A DNA stretch of 64,000 nt from Trichosphaerium sp. ATCC 40318 (Eukaryota; Protista; Tubulinea): contig JALMLS010000231.1 in assembly GCA_038496445.1 (NCBI GenBank), positions 124,001-188,000 on the forward strand. Reading direction: 5' to 3'. The first letter of the stretch is position 1, and each line of letters opens with the position of its first letter. Both the position numbers and the translations under genes were made by a program. Below the pieces are notes generated by a model, which saw only the letters and a program-made list of their open reading frames with translations, did not search any database and had not been told where the DNA came from. Shown here in pieces: positions 13,827 to 27,800 of the stretch.

Positions 13827-14027
13827 GCACCATACAGTACCAATAAATGTTAGTTTAGAACAAACACTGTTTCATCTTGTAGCACGTGATCAGCGCTTAC
13901 GAGCATCAGTAAACAACTTTTCTTTCCGGGAGATTTTTTCGCGGAAGGTCATGCATACTGTTGGTCAAAGCTCTGGTCAAAAAAACCGTTTTGGCAAACC
14001 CACTATTCTACTACTGCACTTTCCAAA

Positions 14028-17000
14028 ATGGCGGACTCAGTACAAGATGATTTTTCATCGGAAGAGCGCGTTCCATTGGTTAACGCAAAGCAAACAACAG
14101 AATCGCCGTTGAAAACAATCATTATTGTCGTATTAGCTCTTTTACTGCTTGCTGCCATCATAGCGATCATAGTAATGGCTATATTACTTCCAAAAGATAA
14201 AGACAGCCCAACTAACCCTTCAGTACGTATTTTCGCGCTAAACTAAGAGCGAGAACCAAAAAAAGAGGGAAAAACCTTTAGTTTCGTTTTTTTTTCACGT
14301 TTCCGTAAAAGCCAAGTCACGTGACATTATAAAGTGTTTATATTCTTATTTTATAGACTGGAGGTGTGTTTAGTGATAGAAATGTGTTCCCGTTAAACCC
14401 ACCACAACCTTGGAATTTTACGTATGATTATTCTCGTAAACTTCAAATAGATACAAATGAAGGCACTTGGTAAGTATTCACTCGTAAATGTCGTAATACT
14501 TTAGGATATGCTAACTGTTATACTTTTATTAAAGGATGGCACTTGCTCTGTCTCCTGGTTTTAACAGCGAGATCCTTTTCGATATGCTAGGCGATATATT
14601 CGTTATGCCCATAACAGGTAATAAGCAGTGTTTTTTTTGTAAAACTAAAAAAACACTGACACCTTGACTGAAATAGGTGGCGTTGCGACTCCTATTAAGA
14701 CAGGACCTGCTATGCAAGTTATGCCAGCTTTTAGTCCAAATACTGGTAAATGGGTAGCATATGCATCTGATGAAAGCGGGTGTACAAACATTAGAATCTT
14801 TGAAAGAGCGAACCTGAGTACGTTTTTTTACAGCGTTCTGGTTCTTTTTGTTTGACACTTTTTCAGCGAATGACTGGGCGCTTACGGATGACAAGTATCG
14901 CTATATACATTCTCCTACGTTTCTTAATGATTTTACTGAACTTGTTGCTGTTAAATGGGTTACAGCTGGGACAAGAAGTATTGCTGGTGGAGAAATATGG
15001 ATTTATGATGTTGATGTAGAAGGTCATACTGTTAGTTCTGGTAGACTTATGATAGATAAGAATTCTCCTGTAGCGCAAGTGCGTATTTATGTCTTATCAA
15101 TCGTTGTATTGAAAAACTGATGAGTCTTCAGGTTGGTCCGGAAGAGCCACATCACCAATTAGATACACACTTTTTATTTTATAGGTAATTATTTGTTTGA
15201 TCTTGGCTATTGTTGTTTTGGCTAATGTATTTACGTACAGTAAGAATATTGCTGATTCTATATATTGGAATTACAATAAAGATGTTCACAAGGGAATTTA
15301 CAATATCTTCAGAAGAGATACGACAACAGTACAACTTCTTTTGGTTTAGTAAAAAACGTCATTCTTGTTAACCATACTATTTTCTTAGAACCAAACTATT
15401 ACTGTCACCGGTGGGTCAGGTGGTGCAGCTCGCCCTGTTATATCTCACAATGGGTCTACGCTTGCTTTTATCCGGGTAAAAACGTCTTAAATCAAATACG
15501 AACCAACTTAACATCCAATCTAGAGAACAGAGTACAAAACAAGCTTATTCGTAAGAGATATGGTCTCTGGTAATGAACGTGTTCTCTATGATGATCTATC
15601 ATGGGATATGCAGGTACTATCATCTTGTCACGTGCTTGATAAAAGCAAATTCGCGAACTTTTTACTTGGAGTAATCTGACCTTTTTGTTTTTACCTCTAG
15701 GGTTGTTTTGCACCTTCTGGTGTTTATCCAAAGTTTGAGTTCACCCAAGATGATGAGAATATCTTCATTTGGTCCAAAGGAAAGATTATAGAAATTAACA
15801 TATCTTCTGGTGTTGTTATAGATATACCATTTAACAGTAAGTGTAAACCAATAACGAACTCAACAAGCAAAACAGTTTATCTTTGTTTTGTACTTCTGTT
15901 TCTTGTTTTTTTCTTGTCAAGATTGTGTTGTTGAGCTTTGTTTAGTTTCATATGAGATTGATCTAGCGCCTACTGTCCGAGCAAAACCTTCAGTTGATAC
16001 AGGATCACAATTTACGGCAAAAGTAGCTTCTGCACCTTCTCTTTATGCTCATGATGATGGGCAACATTCCGTTCTTTTTACATCGATTGCAACTACATAT
16101 TGTATGTTGCTATCAGTCTTCTTGATTTTTTTAATATGTTTTAGTGCTAGAACCAAATAACTCAGTATCTGTACCTTTGGTAAACCCAGAACCAGAAACA
16201 TTCTATTCGTCACCTTGTTGGAGCTCAAAGTGCGCATAAACAAGTTAAATTGATTTTCCAGTTATTAATTTCGTAGCGGCGAGTTTGCTGCTCATGTAGT
16301 TTGGACTGATGCCGATCTTGGTTCTATAGTAGTAACTAGGTTATCAGATGGGGATAATATCACAGTAACCAGTAAAGGACGGTAAGGATAAGAAGTGATA
16401 TAAAGTATTTTATTAAAGTACTTCCTAGGTACTCAGAGATAATCTTCTCGCCTGATGATGAACATATCTACTTCAGACGTCAAGGTGGATCATCTCTAAC
16501 TGGATACACATATCCATCAAACCCAGGGGTAATGACTTAATGGCCTGTTGTGTAAATGAATTAACGGTTTGTTTAGTTATACGTCGCTGATTTTGATGCC
16601 GAAGAATTCACAATTGAAAATGTAAGAATGTTGTCAAGTTCTGGATATTCTGGCCTTCACTTTGTCGGTGATAATCTACATGGTTTCTCCGGAGGATATC
16701 CAAGTGTTAGAGTATCAAGTATAAGCTCTGGAGGAGGTACGTTCTTTAATATTGAGACAAAGACTTTCGAAAGATATTGACTATTTTTACTTTGTTTAGC
16801 TTCTAGAACAGTTGGACAATCAAATTATGCTACAGAAATGAAGATTTCTAAAGATGGAAGATACATGGCATTCATAGAGTTCTTTCAAGTATATATTGTA
16901 CCTTATAGCGAAGATACTGAAATATTCTCAGCAAGACCAGGTAAAAATTCTTACGACTGTTATTTTAGTTTAACAATAATATCACGTGATATCGAGCAAG

Positions 17001-19659
17001 GTCTCGAAATTCAAGCGATCAGAAAACCTTCACGTGCACAAAAAATTTATGAACATTAAACGTGTTGTGCTATTTACAAAACACGTGCTTGCACCCTTTC
17101 ATGTGATTTTTAAAGTAACTTTTCACTATCAGGAGTCTAACGTTAAAAATTACTAGGACATTCTCCTGCTGGTGTTCAAAGAGTTTCTGTTGATGGAGGT
17201 AGATTCCTTGGATGGACCCAAGAGGTTTGTTTTCTTTGTATCATTTTCCTTTTCAAGATTCCACTGACAGTTAAAAAAGGGAGGAACATCATACCTGAGT
17301 TGGGCTCTCGGTCAAAACCTTTTTATTATCGATGTTGATGCTGCAAGAACTTGCAAAAGCGAAGATGAAGAATGCATCAAGTCTATTACACAAGTATTGG
17401 ATCTCGGTGTTGTAGTAAATACCAATATGCCTACTACTACGTATGTCATCAGAGGAGGTACTATATATACAATGAATGGAGAAGAAACAATTGTCAATGG
17501 AACTATAATCGTTACAGGTAAAGAAAGACATTTGAATAGAAAAACACTTCTTTTCTTTGTTCTTAGTCGTTTTTTTTTCTTCTTCTTTGACTTGTCTTTG
17601 TAGGTGACACTATCGTAACTGTTGGGGATAATACAGTTCCTGACCCTCAACCACCATTTCAAGAAATAAACCTTAATGGTTCGTTAAAGTGTTTTGAACA
17701 CAACTTGATAAAACCTTTAAACTGACTTATTTCGAAACAAAGGCGGATATGTTCTTCCCGGTTTCATTGATGCACATGCTCATTTCTCTGGTTCAATGAC
17801 ACCAAATGTAGTAACAAATTGGGGTCTTGCTCTTAATCTTGCTTTTGGCGTAACAACAGTGGCACGTGTGAATTTTTCGACATAGAGAAGTTGTCTCAAT
17901 ATTCTGTTGCTGACCTTCTTTTTTTCTTTCAGCATAACCCATCTGCTGATAGTGTTTCTGTATTCAGCGATGCAGAACTTGTCAAATCTGGTAAAAAGAT
18001 AGGTCCTAGAATGTTCAGTACTGGTACCATCATATACGGGTAAATACTATGTCTTGTTCTTGTTTCAGAACCCAAAAAAACTTATTGGCTGGATTTCGCT
18101 CATTCACTGCTTTCCGCGACTTAATTGTTACAATTCTCATTATTTTAGCGCTGGTGGTCCAGGTCATTGCGATATAAGCAACTTAGAAACAGCTATGGCT
18201 CACTTAAGGCGCTTGAAAGGTGAATAAGACATTGTTGTTTTAGGGTTTTTTTAACCGTTTTTGTTAGCTTATGGCGCTTGGTCTGTAAAGTCTTACCAAC
18301 AATCATGCAGAGCTGCAAGAATACATATTCTTCAAGCAGCTAAAAATTTAAATATGAGCGTTGTACCTGAAGGAGGAATGCAATACTATTGGTACCGGCA
18401 TTTTGACGAAAAAATTATTTGAACTTTGAAGAAAACATACTTTTCTCAGTCATTTTGATCGTCAGTGTACGTTTTGACTTTTAAACCAAAGGGATCTGAG
18501 TTTCATTGTTGATGGACACACTACAATAGAACATAATATCCCAATGGCACCGCTTTATAACGGTATGAGAAACGTTACAAATAACATCCTAAGGATTTTT
18601 ACTATAGACGTATTGACTTTGTACTCTGCAAGTGGTACTGCGTATACCCCAACGTTTGTTGTCAATTTTGGTGATTTACAAGGAGAACAGTACGACCATC
18701 ACAATCACGAACATTCTATTTTATGTTGTGGGTTACAAATTGTGTTTTTTGGCTTCGAATATTTTTAGTAATGTATGCACATGTGAAGCTTAACTGTTTG
18801 ATCGTAGCTGGTACTATCAACATACAAATATATGGGAGAATAGTAGACTCATGTACTGGGCACCACAGTCATCTATAAGATCTCAAACAATGCGTCCACC
18901 TCAAGCAGCACAAGAGGATTACTATCACTTTAAAACTACAGCAGCTGCAAAAGACCTCATTCGCAGAGGAACAAAGGTATTCTTATTCTTACACAAATAG
19001 AACGCTATACACTCTAAACACGTGGAATATAGGTCAATACCGGCGCTCATGGGCAAATGCAAGGTCTAGGATTTCACTGGGAACTTGGGCTGTTTAAACA
19101 AGTAAACATTCGTTTTGTCTTTCCTGTAAAGACGTAAGAGCTAACATTCTTTTAGGGAAATTTGACTAACTTTGAGACTCTTATGGCAGGTACTATTTTC
19201 CCTGCTGAGTCTCTTGGTATGGATGAACAGTTGGGTACAATACAACCTGGTAAATTAGCAGATTTGATCACGTTTGATGCAGAACATGATCCTGTAGCTG
19301 ATATTAATAATGCTCAGTCTGTTCAATATGTTTTTAAAGGTACACAAGAAACCAAACCAGTTTTTTATTGTTCTCTTTCCATCGTTACAGCAATGCAAGA
19401 AACCCAACCATACTTTTTTCTCTTTTTCTTGGTGTCCGATCAAATGTTTTTCTTTCGTCCTTGGGTTCAAAGCCTAACTTAGCAGAGAAGAGTCTTTTTT
19501 TTTTACACTTGTACTGCTGTCTGACTAACTCTTTTTTTTAATCTAGATGGTATTGTTTATGACGCTTTAACACTAGCGCAATTATATCCAACCCAAAAGC
19601 CTGGTCCAAAACCTCCTGAGCTAAATCCAAGCTGTAACGGTTGTGGTAGTACTCAATAA
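14028..19659 (+). CDS. type II membrane-anchored TolB-like beta-propeller plus amidohydrolase protein (~25 introns)
   Basis: N-term TM IIIVVLALLLLAAIIAIIVMAILL. NEGTWMALALSPG...FDMLGDIFVMPITGG...MQVMPAFSPNTGKWVAYASDESG propeller start. GGYVLPGFIDAHAH metal motif, GVTTVHNPS, GAHGQMQGLGFHWE, LGTIQPGKLADL. Confidence 0.9.
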
Positions 19660-19888
19660 ACTGCCAAGCTTTTTTTGAATAGTTACAAATTCTGAGCATT
19701 GTATGTGACACTTATACCTTTTGCTTCCGGTTAGCCCACTGCCAAGTACAAAATGAGTGTAAGATGGAGAAACCATTGTATCAATTTGCATAGTAATGGC
19801 GAGGAGGGCAAGAGTGGTAGCACTATAAAGTCAACAGAAAAAGTCACAAGAGTAATACATACAAGACAGTATTTGGTGTTATTATTAT

Positions 19889-21114
19889 TTACATCAGGGT
19901 ACACTTGCTGTTATCAACTTGAGGAGGAATTTTAATAAGACCCAATTTGTGCATCTTCCAAGTTAACACCTCATTGATTACTACTCATAAAATATAAATA
20001 ATTGGCTTTTTTGAAATCAAAAAGAAAGAAATTTGTTGAACTTGTTTACGCACATGCTTGAACACCAACATTTTTTTTTGAACTACATTCTACGTAGCTT
20101 ATTGCCTTAAAAATAAAATTAGAGTTTTTTAGGATGACAATGATAGAACCAGAAGGATAAGAGAGTTTTGTTTGAATGTCTTTTTTTTACCTTTATTTGT
20201 ATTGCTGCTATGATACCTTCTTCTTTGGAAACATACTTTTCCCTTTTCTTCGGATCTATCTCTTCACCTATGTTTTCTCTCGTATCTGATTTTAATCCAG
20301 CAAGTATAAAAATGGCATCTGGGTAATGTACATGCACATCTGGTACAAACTAGGCAAGGTTTTTAACAGTCTAACTTGTGTACAAGTGTCTTCTTGTTCT
20401 AAGAAAAATTGTAGCATCAAGTGTACCTTTTGAATAATATTGTTCAAGCTTGTTCGATTATTAACACTAAAGCATAAGAGGAATACATCAGTGCCCTAGA
20501 ACAGTATAAGAGAAGAAATCTTGATCGTGGACAAAACACATGTGTTTGTTTTTTTCAATGGAAACCTCTCACGCATACCGGATAGCATAACGGACGTAAT
20601 CTATCATAATCTTCTGCTCCCGATGTGTCCCAAGGAGCTAAAACATATGAGATATCAAATAAAGCAAAATTTAGAAGAGACTGCGAACAAAGTCCAAAAA
20701 AAACCCATAAACAAAAAAAAACAAATTAAAAAATCAGAAAAGTATTCTTCTTATGTCGAATTATCTCAAAAATGCTAATTATAAGCTAGCTACACTCACA
20801 GAACGAAAAACAGGTTGAGCCAAATCTGACATTGCAACTAAACCGTCATTCATACGCATGGTCGTAAAGGTACAAAACGAACCTGTAATGGTCGAACGTT
20901 GTTGGCACTGTAAAGGAAGAATGAGTTTTTTAGACTAACACATCTAATATGTGTACCATACTCAATAGGAAACCTATTACAGGCGTATCGTATACATAAG
21001 GATGTTTTACCTTAAAAATAGCTTAATACTCGTCATAAATGATTGTTGTGACTTGCCTACGCCATCATCACCCAGTAAAACTAGTTTCACAGGATTAAAA
21101 CGGATATCAGTCAT
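19889..21114 (-). CDS. Rho-family small GTPase (atypical, G12D/Q61A-equivalent)
   Basis: Spliced: VKLVLLGDDGVGKTSLCIRYACNRFPIEYVPTTFDHY...[28 protein letters not shown]...LAGLKSD...YVECSSK...CTLM* (CAAX). Confidence 0.92.
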
Positions 21115-21275
21115 TGATCACGAATGTACTGTAACATTAGCTGTGTAGAATATAATAAGGTAGGATTAGAGAGTAAAGGGTCATTTAGCCTAAATCACCT
21201 AAGTGGGTTTCGCTTAAAACTGTTTACAAAAATTACGCCGTTAACGCAATCCTGAGCCTCTGCTACAGTCACAAA

Positions 21276-22692
21276 ATGGAAAAACGTCATTATCAGAAAC
21301 GCTATGATGCTTTGGTTACAATGCGTGAGCTAATAGCGAATAAACAAGGGAAATCTCCTCGTAGAGTGTTATCTGATGTGATACTGAAAGAATTAGCTAA
21401 AGTACGCCATATTGATAGCTATTTAAGCACTAGGAAGATAACAACCGCTACTTTAGAAATTACCAACGACAGAAAAGGATTTGAAGGCTATTAACGGGTT
21501 AAAACGACGTAAAATAGACCAATACGGAGGTCCATTGCTTTTGGTATTGAAAGGAGGCGATCCAAGAGAGATTGTCAGTAAATTCAAGATAAAGAAAAAA
21601 TCAACTAAAAAAAGAAACAAAGAAAAGAAGAGCCTGTACGAACTACCAGATGAGATTTTGGAAATGGTTTTTTTCCAAATGCCTGCGAATGATATCCCTG
21701 TTATTGAGCTTGTTTGTAAGAAGTGGTCTAGCTTTACTACATCAGATACCTTCTGGAGACTTTGGGCCTGCACAAGATGGTACGTTTGGCAAACTTGTTT
21801 GTCTGTATTTTTTTTGCTCGCTGATCTTCAACATCCTTAACCTGGCTTAGGAATTGCTCATTTCTTAATGCAATCAAGTTGCCACAAGTACTCAATAATA
21901 CTTACAAAGATTATTGTCTAAACCGAAGCAAAATTGAGAAAGAAAGCAAACAAATTGAAAATCACGTGCGTTGGCATCTTTGTTTTGCAAGGCTGGAGTG
22001 AGATTCAGTTAGGCTCACAAAACATTCTGTTAGAGTTACCTACGGAGGGCAAAGCCCGGACGCGGTTCAATGGTGATGGATAAAAATGGATATGGGTACA
22101 CAGAGATAGATCAATTCGTAGGTACGATATAGTGAATGTAGAAAACACAGTTGTTTTCTTATACTTTGATCTTTAGATTTCTCAGTATTTTCTGAAGTTC
22201 AACCTATTTGTATTAGTATTGATTCGACAGCATTTTTGACTACTACAAGAAATGCAAATGGTAGTAGAACTAGATTATATCGATTTGATTACAAGATATC
22301 ATCCTTTAATGCAAAGGACATTATCAACGTAGGTAGAAGTTGCGAAATAGAACTAGAATCCATTGCAGCAAAACTTTTTGCATTGTTGATAGGTACCTAC
22401 CTCTCCTTCCTTATACTTGTCTGTATACAATATTCAAAACAAAGTAAATACTGATCTTTGTCTAGGTGGTGTTCCTGACTCGTTTGTGGTTGATGTTGAC
22501 AAAGTAAAGGACGGGTTCAACAAGGTTTGGTGTGCATATCAGGCTTTGTTCCCAAGCGAGAATATTCGTGATTGGGAGGTTGTAGAAGAAAATGGCGCTA
22601 GTTTATCGTTAAGACCTATACTAGACAATTTCGTAACGTTAAAATACCATAATATAGCATTTCCTAAAACAGGTAGAGCTAGGAGAAGATAG
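21276..22692 (+). CDS. HRDC-domain plus F-box protein
   Basis: RYDALVTMRELIANKQGKSPRRVLSDVILKELAKKLPTTEKDLKAINGLKRRKIDQYGGPLL (HRDC), then LYELPDEILEMVFFQMPANDIPVIELVCKKWSSFTTSDTFW (F-box) and an unknown C-terminal domain. Confidence 0.8.
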
Positions 22693-24855
22693 AAAACCAA
22701 ATTCCTGTTTTATTTCGAAGACAAAACCAAGGTTGTACTTTGGAGTTTATTTTGTAATCTCATGTAAAACAATGCTTGTTCTTATTAATGTTTTCTTCAA
22801 AGTTAGTAGCTATGGTGTAATTTGTATATTCTTTATGTTTGAAGTGCCGTTGCACAATGGTTTGTTACCAACAATGAAAAACCACAAAACTTTAGCCAAA
22901 AGAGGTTGATGACTCAAGAAGATTAATGAGTCGGTTGAGAACTTTAATAGTATTAACAACCGAAACCACAATAACCAATTTAAAGTTCTTTAAGGAGTTC
23001 ATTACACTTTGTATTACTTCCTTTTATAGCATGTAGTGGGTTTTAGAATGATTAATATTGTACTGCGTACAAAATACTCATTGAGTGCAAGCAGCATAAT
23101 TTTATTGCTCTGAGTTTTTGCTGTCACTTTTTGTTACAGTCATTGTTGGGTTTATTACTTGATCAAAGCAATCACGAAAAGCGCTTTCTACATTTTTAGA
23201 CCAACGCGTATTTGCTAGTCTGAGAAAGTCTGAAAATTCAGCAACTTCAGAAACTTGACTTTCTTCATCACTTGTTCTACAATAGTATTTTGTTGTCGAA
23301 ATTAAGTTCTACTTATTCCTTTCAATACTATATGAACACCACCATACTGCGATTTTGTGTTTTCCTTGAAAATCATAGCCGCAATAGTCGGTATCATCAC
23401 TTGCACATGTGTAGGGATACCCACACATTGAATTGTTTGTTTGTCACTGTAGGGAAAAAAATGTCTATGAGCTCAAACGCTATTGACATGTGTATTTTTA
23501 CAATTGCTCACAGTGGTACTATATCGTATACTTTGTTTTAAAACAAGAACAGTGTATAACATCAGTGTAGATTAGTAAACTTGACATGTCTTTCAACAAA
23601 ACTCATTCAACAAACTCCCACATTTGAGGCACTCTATTGTGAAGTTACTTTTCAATAGAAACATATTAAGCTATTAAACACAACCATTAACATCTTCAAA
23701 AAGTGACAAAAACAAAAATGATAACCTGTGGAGGATGATTGTGCTAAAAAACACTTAAAAAGTAAAATATAATACACTTTTTTAGTTGTTGTAGACATCA
23801 CTTTGTGAATACATAATACATGACCAAAGTTATTCTCAATATGTGTGGCTACTATGTCCTCTAGCGTCAAACATTAAAAAAGATTTTTAAGAGTGTAAAT
23901 GTGACTGGATCCTTGAATAGGGAGCTACACTGTCAGGAAGAATAAAATGCTCGCAGTTGAGGGTTCGCTATATTGTCAACAAGTGTTTTTTAAAACGCAT
24001 GGCAAATGGCTAAAAGTGTTTATTGATATTGGGAATAGTGGCAGTATTGAAGCCAAGTTTAGAAAAAATAAATACGTAGGTTGTTAAAGTCTGACACGCG
24101 CACGTTCCTAAACTTTGTTAACTTCAGAAAGCCTGAAACTAAATTACTAGCCTGCGCCAACACAAGTTCAAGAAATAACAAATGAGTTGCTTTCAAGCTT
24201 TCATTAAAAGTTTGGCTGTATGCAATGTAAAACGCATTGGTTACATTGAATTGGGCTATATTAGCAATTACATAATGTAAATAATACACAGTACGCTGAA
24301 ACAGATGTCCAATGGTAAAGCTTTACTGCTACTCATCCAACAGTGGCAGACAGTGGATGATAGTGGTGAAGTGTTTACGTAAAGTAATAATTTGACTTCA
24401 GGGCTTCAAGCTTGGAGAATTAACAGCCGAAAACGAATATGGCTGGATATCCAATAAATAATATTACTTGTTTGTCAGCATTTAGAGCGTTGTTTCTGAT
24501 TCATCAAACATTAAATGAACGTTTCGTCGTTTCCAATGTCAAATGAAAACTACTAGCTCTCGGGTAAACGTTCAAATTCCGCACCAAAAACAACCGTTTT
24601 TTTCACGTAAAAATTGCAAAAAAGTGCCAAATCCACCGTTTGTAGAGCTTCACGAGACTTTGCAAAAATTTCACCTAACACGTTTTAACTACGTTTGCGG
24701 CATTTCTTTATTTGAAAATAATGAAATTTCTAAATTGGCAAAAAATCGATGATTGACCGAAAACAAAAGAACTATCACTTTTACATATCACCTCACTGAT
24801 ACACCACTCTTCCTTTCTTTTGGGTTTAATACAGTTGTATACATAATTTAAAACG

Positions 24856-27800
24856 ATGTCGCTCAGCTTACGTGCTACTACTGAGTACAGGAAGTTGTCG
24901 TTTAATGAATCACACGACGTACTTGTTTCCGCCGACATTGTCGCCTCTGCAGTGTCTGATGGTAATGAACGTGCCAAAGCAGCTATTGTAGCAGTAATAG
25001 ATAGGTCAGGATCCATGTCTGGAGTACGATCTTAAGCATTCTAGTACTATAGTTAACAACCTTTTAGGATCTTGACTTGGTGAAACAAAGTTTGAAATTC
25101 ATTATCGACAGCATGAAGGTTGGCGATTTTTTCGGAATTGTCACATTTGGAGACACCACTAGAACAGTTTTAAGATTGACTTGTATGGGCAACAAAGGTA
25201 TGTTTTGAAGGTTAATATTCAAGAGGTTTTTTTTGTTGACTTTGATAGGAAAAATCCAGGCAAGACAAGCTGTAGAACGAATTCGCATATCTGGATGTAC
25301 AAACTTATCTGGAGGATTATTTGACGGATTGAAGCTACTACAAGAATCAAGGAATGCATCAATACCTAAGAACCAAACAGTTCTTTTGTTCACTGACGGA
25401 GGTATGATGAACACAAATTGAGAGTAGCAATTGACTTTTTTTTTTTTTCTGTAGAAGCCAACTTGGGTATAACAAGTCTTCCTAAACTCCTAAAGGAAAC
25501 AAAAAAATATGTTTCTATAAATAACATGAATCCTTCCATTTTCACTTTTGGCTACTCTGACGGGCACAATGCTTCATTCTTGCGTGGTATTTGTGATGCA
25601 CATAGTGTACTTATCTTTTTCTAATATTCTTGACTTTTTGGTTTGACTCTTTACTCCGTAGGGCATGTACTACTACATCAAAGATAAAATGATATTAAAG
25701 CTAGCTTTGCTGATTGTATTGGAGGTTTGCTTAACGTTGTTGCTACAGACGTAGTTTTAGAGATTGAAGCAAAAACAGGCAACATTTTGTTTTGGCAGCG
25801 TTGTTTTCTCATAAGTGCTTTAGATGTCACCATCAAGGAAGTGCTTACAAAATACCCTACTGAAAAAATACGTGCAGGTAAATTCTATCAGCACCGTGTT
25901 ACAATTGGCGATATATATAGTGAAGAAGAGAAGAACATACCTGTACGTGTTTGACCACTTCAAGTTTTTCATTTTTCCTTTTTTTTTCCTTGGTCCTTAC
26001 TTATGTTTGTAGGTTCAACTCGTCATTAAAGCGCTATCTAATCCTGGTGAGCAAACAATAGTATCGTTCCTTGTAAGATATACAAACACAGCAACCAAGA
26101 TTACAGAGTTTGAGAAGAACAAAATCGGTCTATGTCGGGTTGAAGAACATCAAGTTGACAAAGAAGCTACTCCTGCTACACTTGATATGGACATGCAAAG
26201 AAACAGAATACTTGTTGCAAAGGCTCTTGAAAACGCTGCCTATTTTGGTAAACAAAGGAACCTAAACAAAGCTAAAATTACGTTGACTGAATGCTTGGAT
26301 AAAATCGAAGTTTCGGCCTCTTCTCAATGCAATTTTTCTCAGAGTTTGATTCGCGATTTGAAGCAAGCTATAGCGAATATGGTAACTTCCTCTTGATTTC
26401 ATTTTTTGCTATTTATTTTTCGAAACTAACACGTGATTTGTTGTTAGTCTTCTCAATCTCAGTTTGAGCATGTTGGTTCAAAGTATATGTACAGTTTATC
26501 AAGAACATTGTACACGCAACGCTCTTCTGGTATTTCAAGGTACAATCGAATACCCGTTTAATTCTTCTGTTTGCACGTGTTTAACTTTCTACTAGTGCTG
26601 CTGCGATGTCGTTCGTTACAAATAGTAAACGTGATATGATTAACAAAGCAAGAGCAGGATCTGGAATCACACTTCAACATAAAGCCAAAGCGTACGTCTT
26701 TATTTACATACAACAACTAATAAAGTACTAGTTCTGGTGGACCAAAACCTGTATCCAGTAAGAAAACACAACATTCTACACCTGCATACGGTGTCAAAAC
26801 AACTACCTCAACGCCTAATAAGAAGACATCTACAAAGCAACAAGCAGCTGTACTAAATCCAAACAAGAACGCCCCTCGATTTGCTGCTTCTATTTCGCCT
26901 CTAGCTGGTCCTGTATCTAATGGGTTTGCATCATCTGTCAGAATCGGAAGAGCTGTTAGACGTTTAATGATGGACTTTAAAGAAACGAAGCAACTCAACA
27001 TCAACAACGTACACCAAAAACTCTTTCTCATTTTCTCATTCTATTCTTACTTGTTCTCGTTTTAACTTCTATTTTTTGTTCAGGTTGTTGCTCAACCTCT
27101 AGAGTCAGATATCTTCGAATGGCACTGTAATCTGAAAGGTCCAGAAGGATCTCCGTACGCTGATGTTGTTTTCCATTTGATTCTGCAGTTTCCAAACACA
27201 TACCCTTTCAATGCTCCATCTGTGTACTTTTGCAGTTACATCAGTCATCCGCATGTCTTTGGAAGGTACGCAAAAAATGAACAAATAGCTATTCATTCGC
27301 TTAACTGTTCTACTTAAGTTGGGTTTGCCTTGATCTTCTACAAGAAGCTCAGTGGGGATCTTCTATCGAGATGGATAAACCTTATACTGGTTGGTCTTCT
27401 GCTTATTCTGTATCGAGCATTCTATTACAATTACAGTCGTTTCTGTTCGATGAAGCTGGAAAATCCGAAAAGGTACACATGATATTTTGTTTTATTTGTT
27501 CGCACAACAGCGCCTAACATGTATGTTAAGGAAGTTGAAAAAGCTGCTTTGAGTGCTAAGAGATTCAAGTGCGGAACGTGCAGTCATTGTACAGGAAAAT
27601 CTTGGCCAGAGTTTGTCAAGACAAAGCGTGTTGTCAGATACAAGAAGAAGCAACTTACAATACCTGAAACCAGAAAACCGAAAGTTGTTGAAGGATACAA
27701 TGAACCTTCTTCACAACAATTGATTCCAAGCGTTCAATCTAGTCAAGAAACACAAACGAGAATCAATTGGGAACGTGTTATTTCCTCTATGAAACGTACA

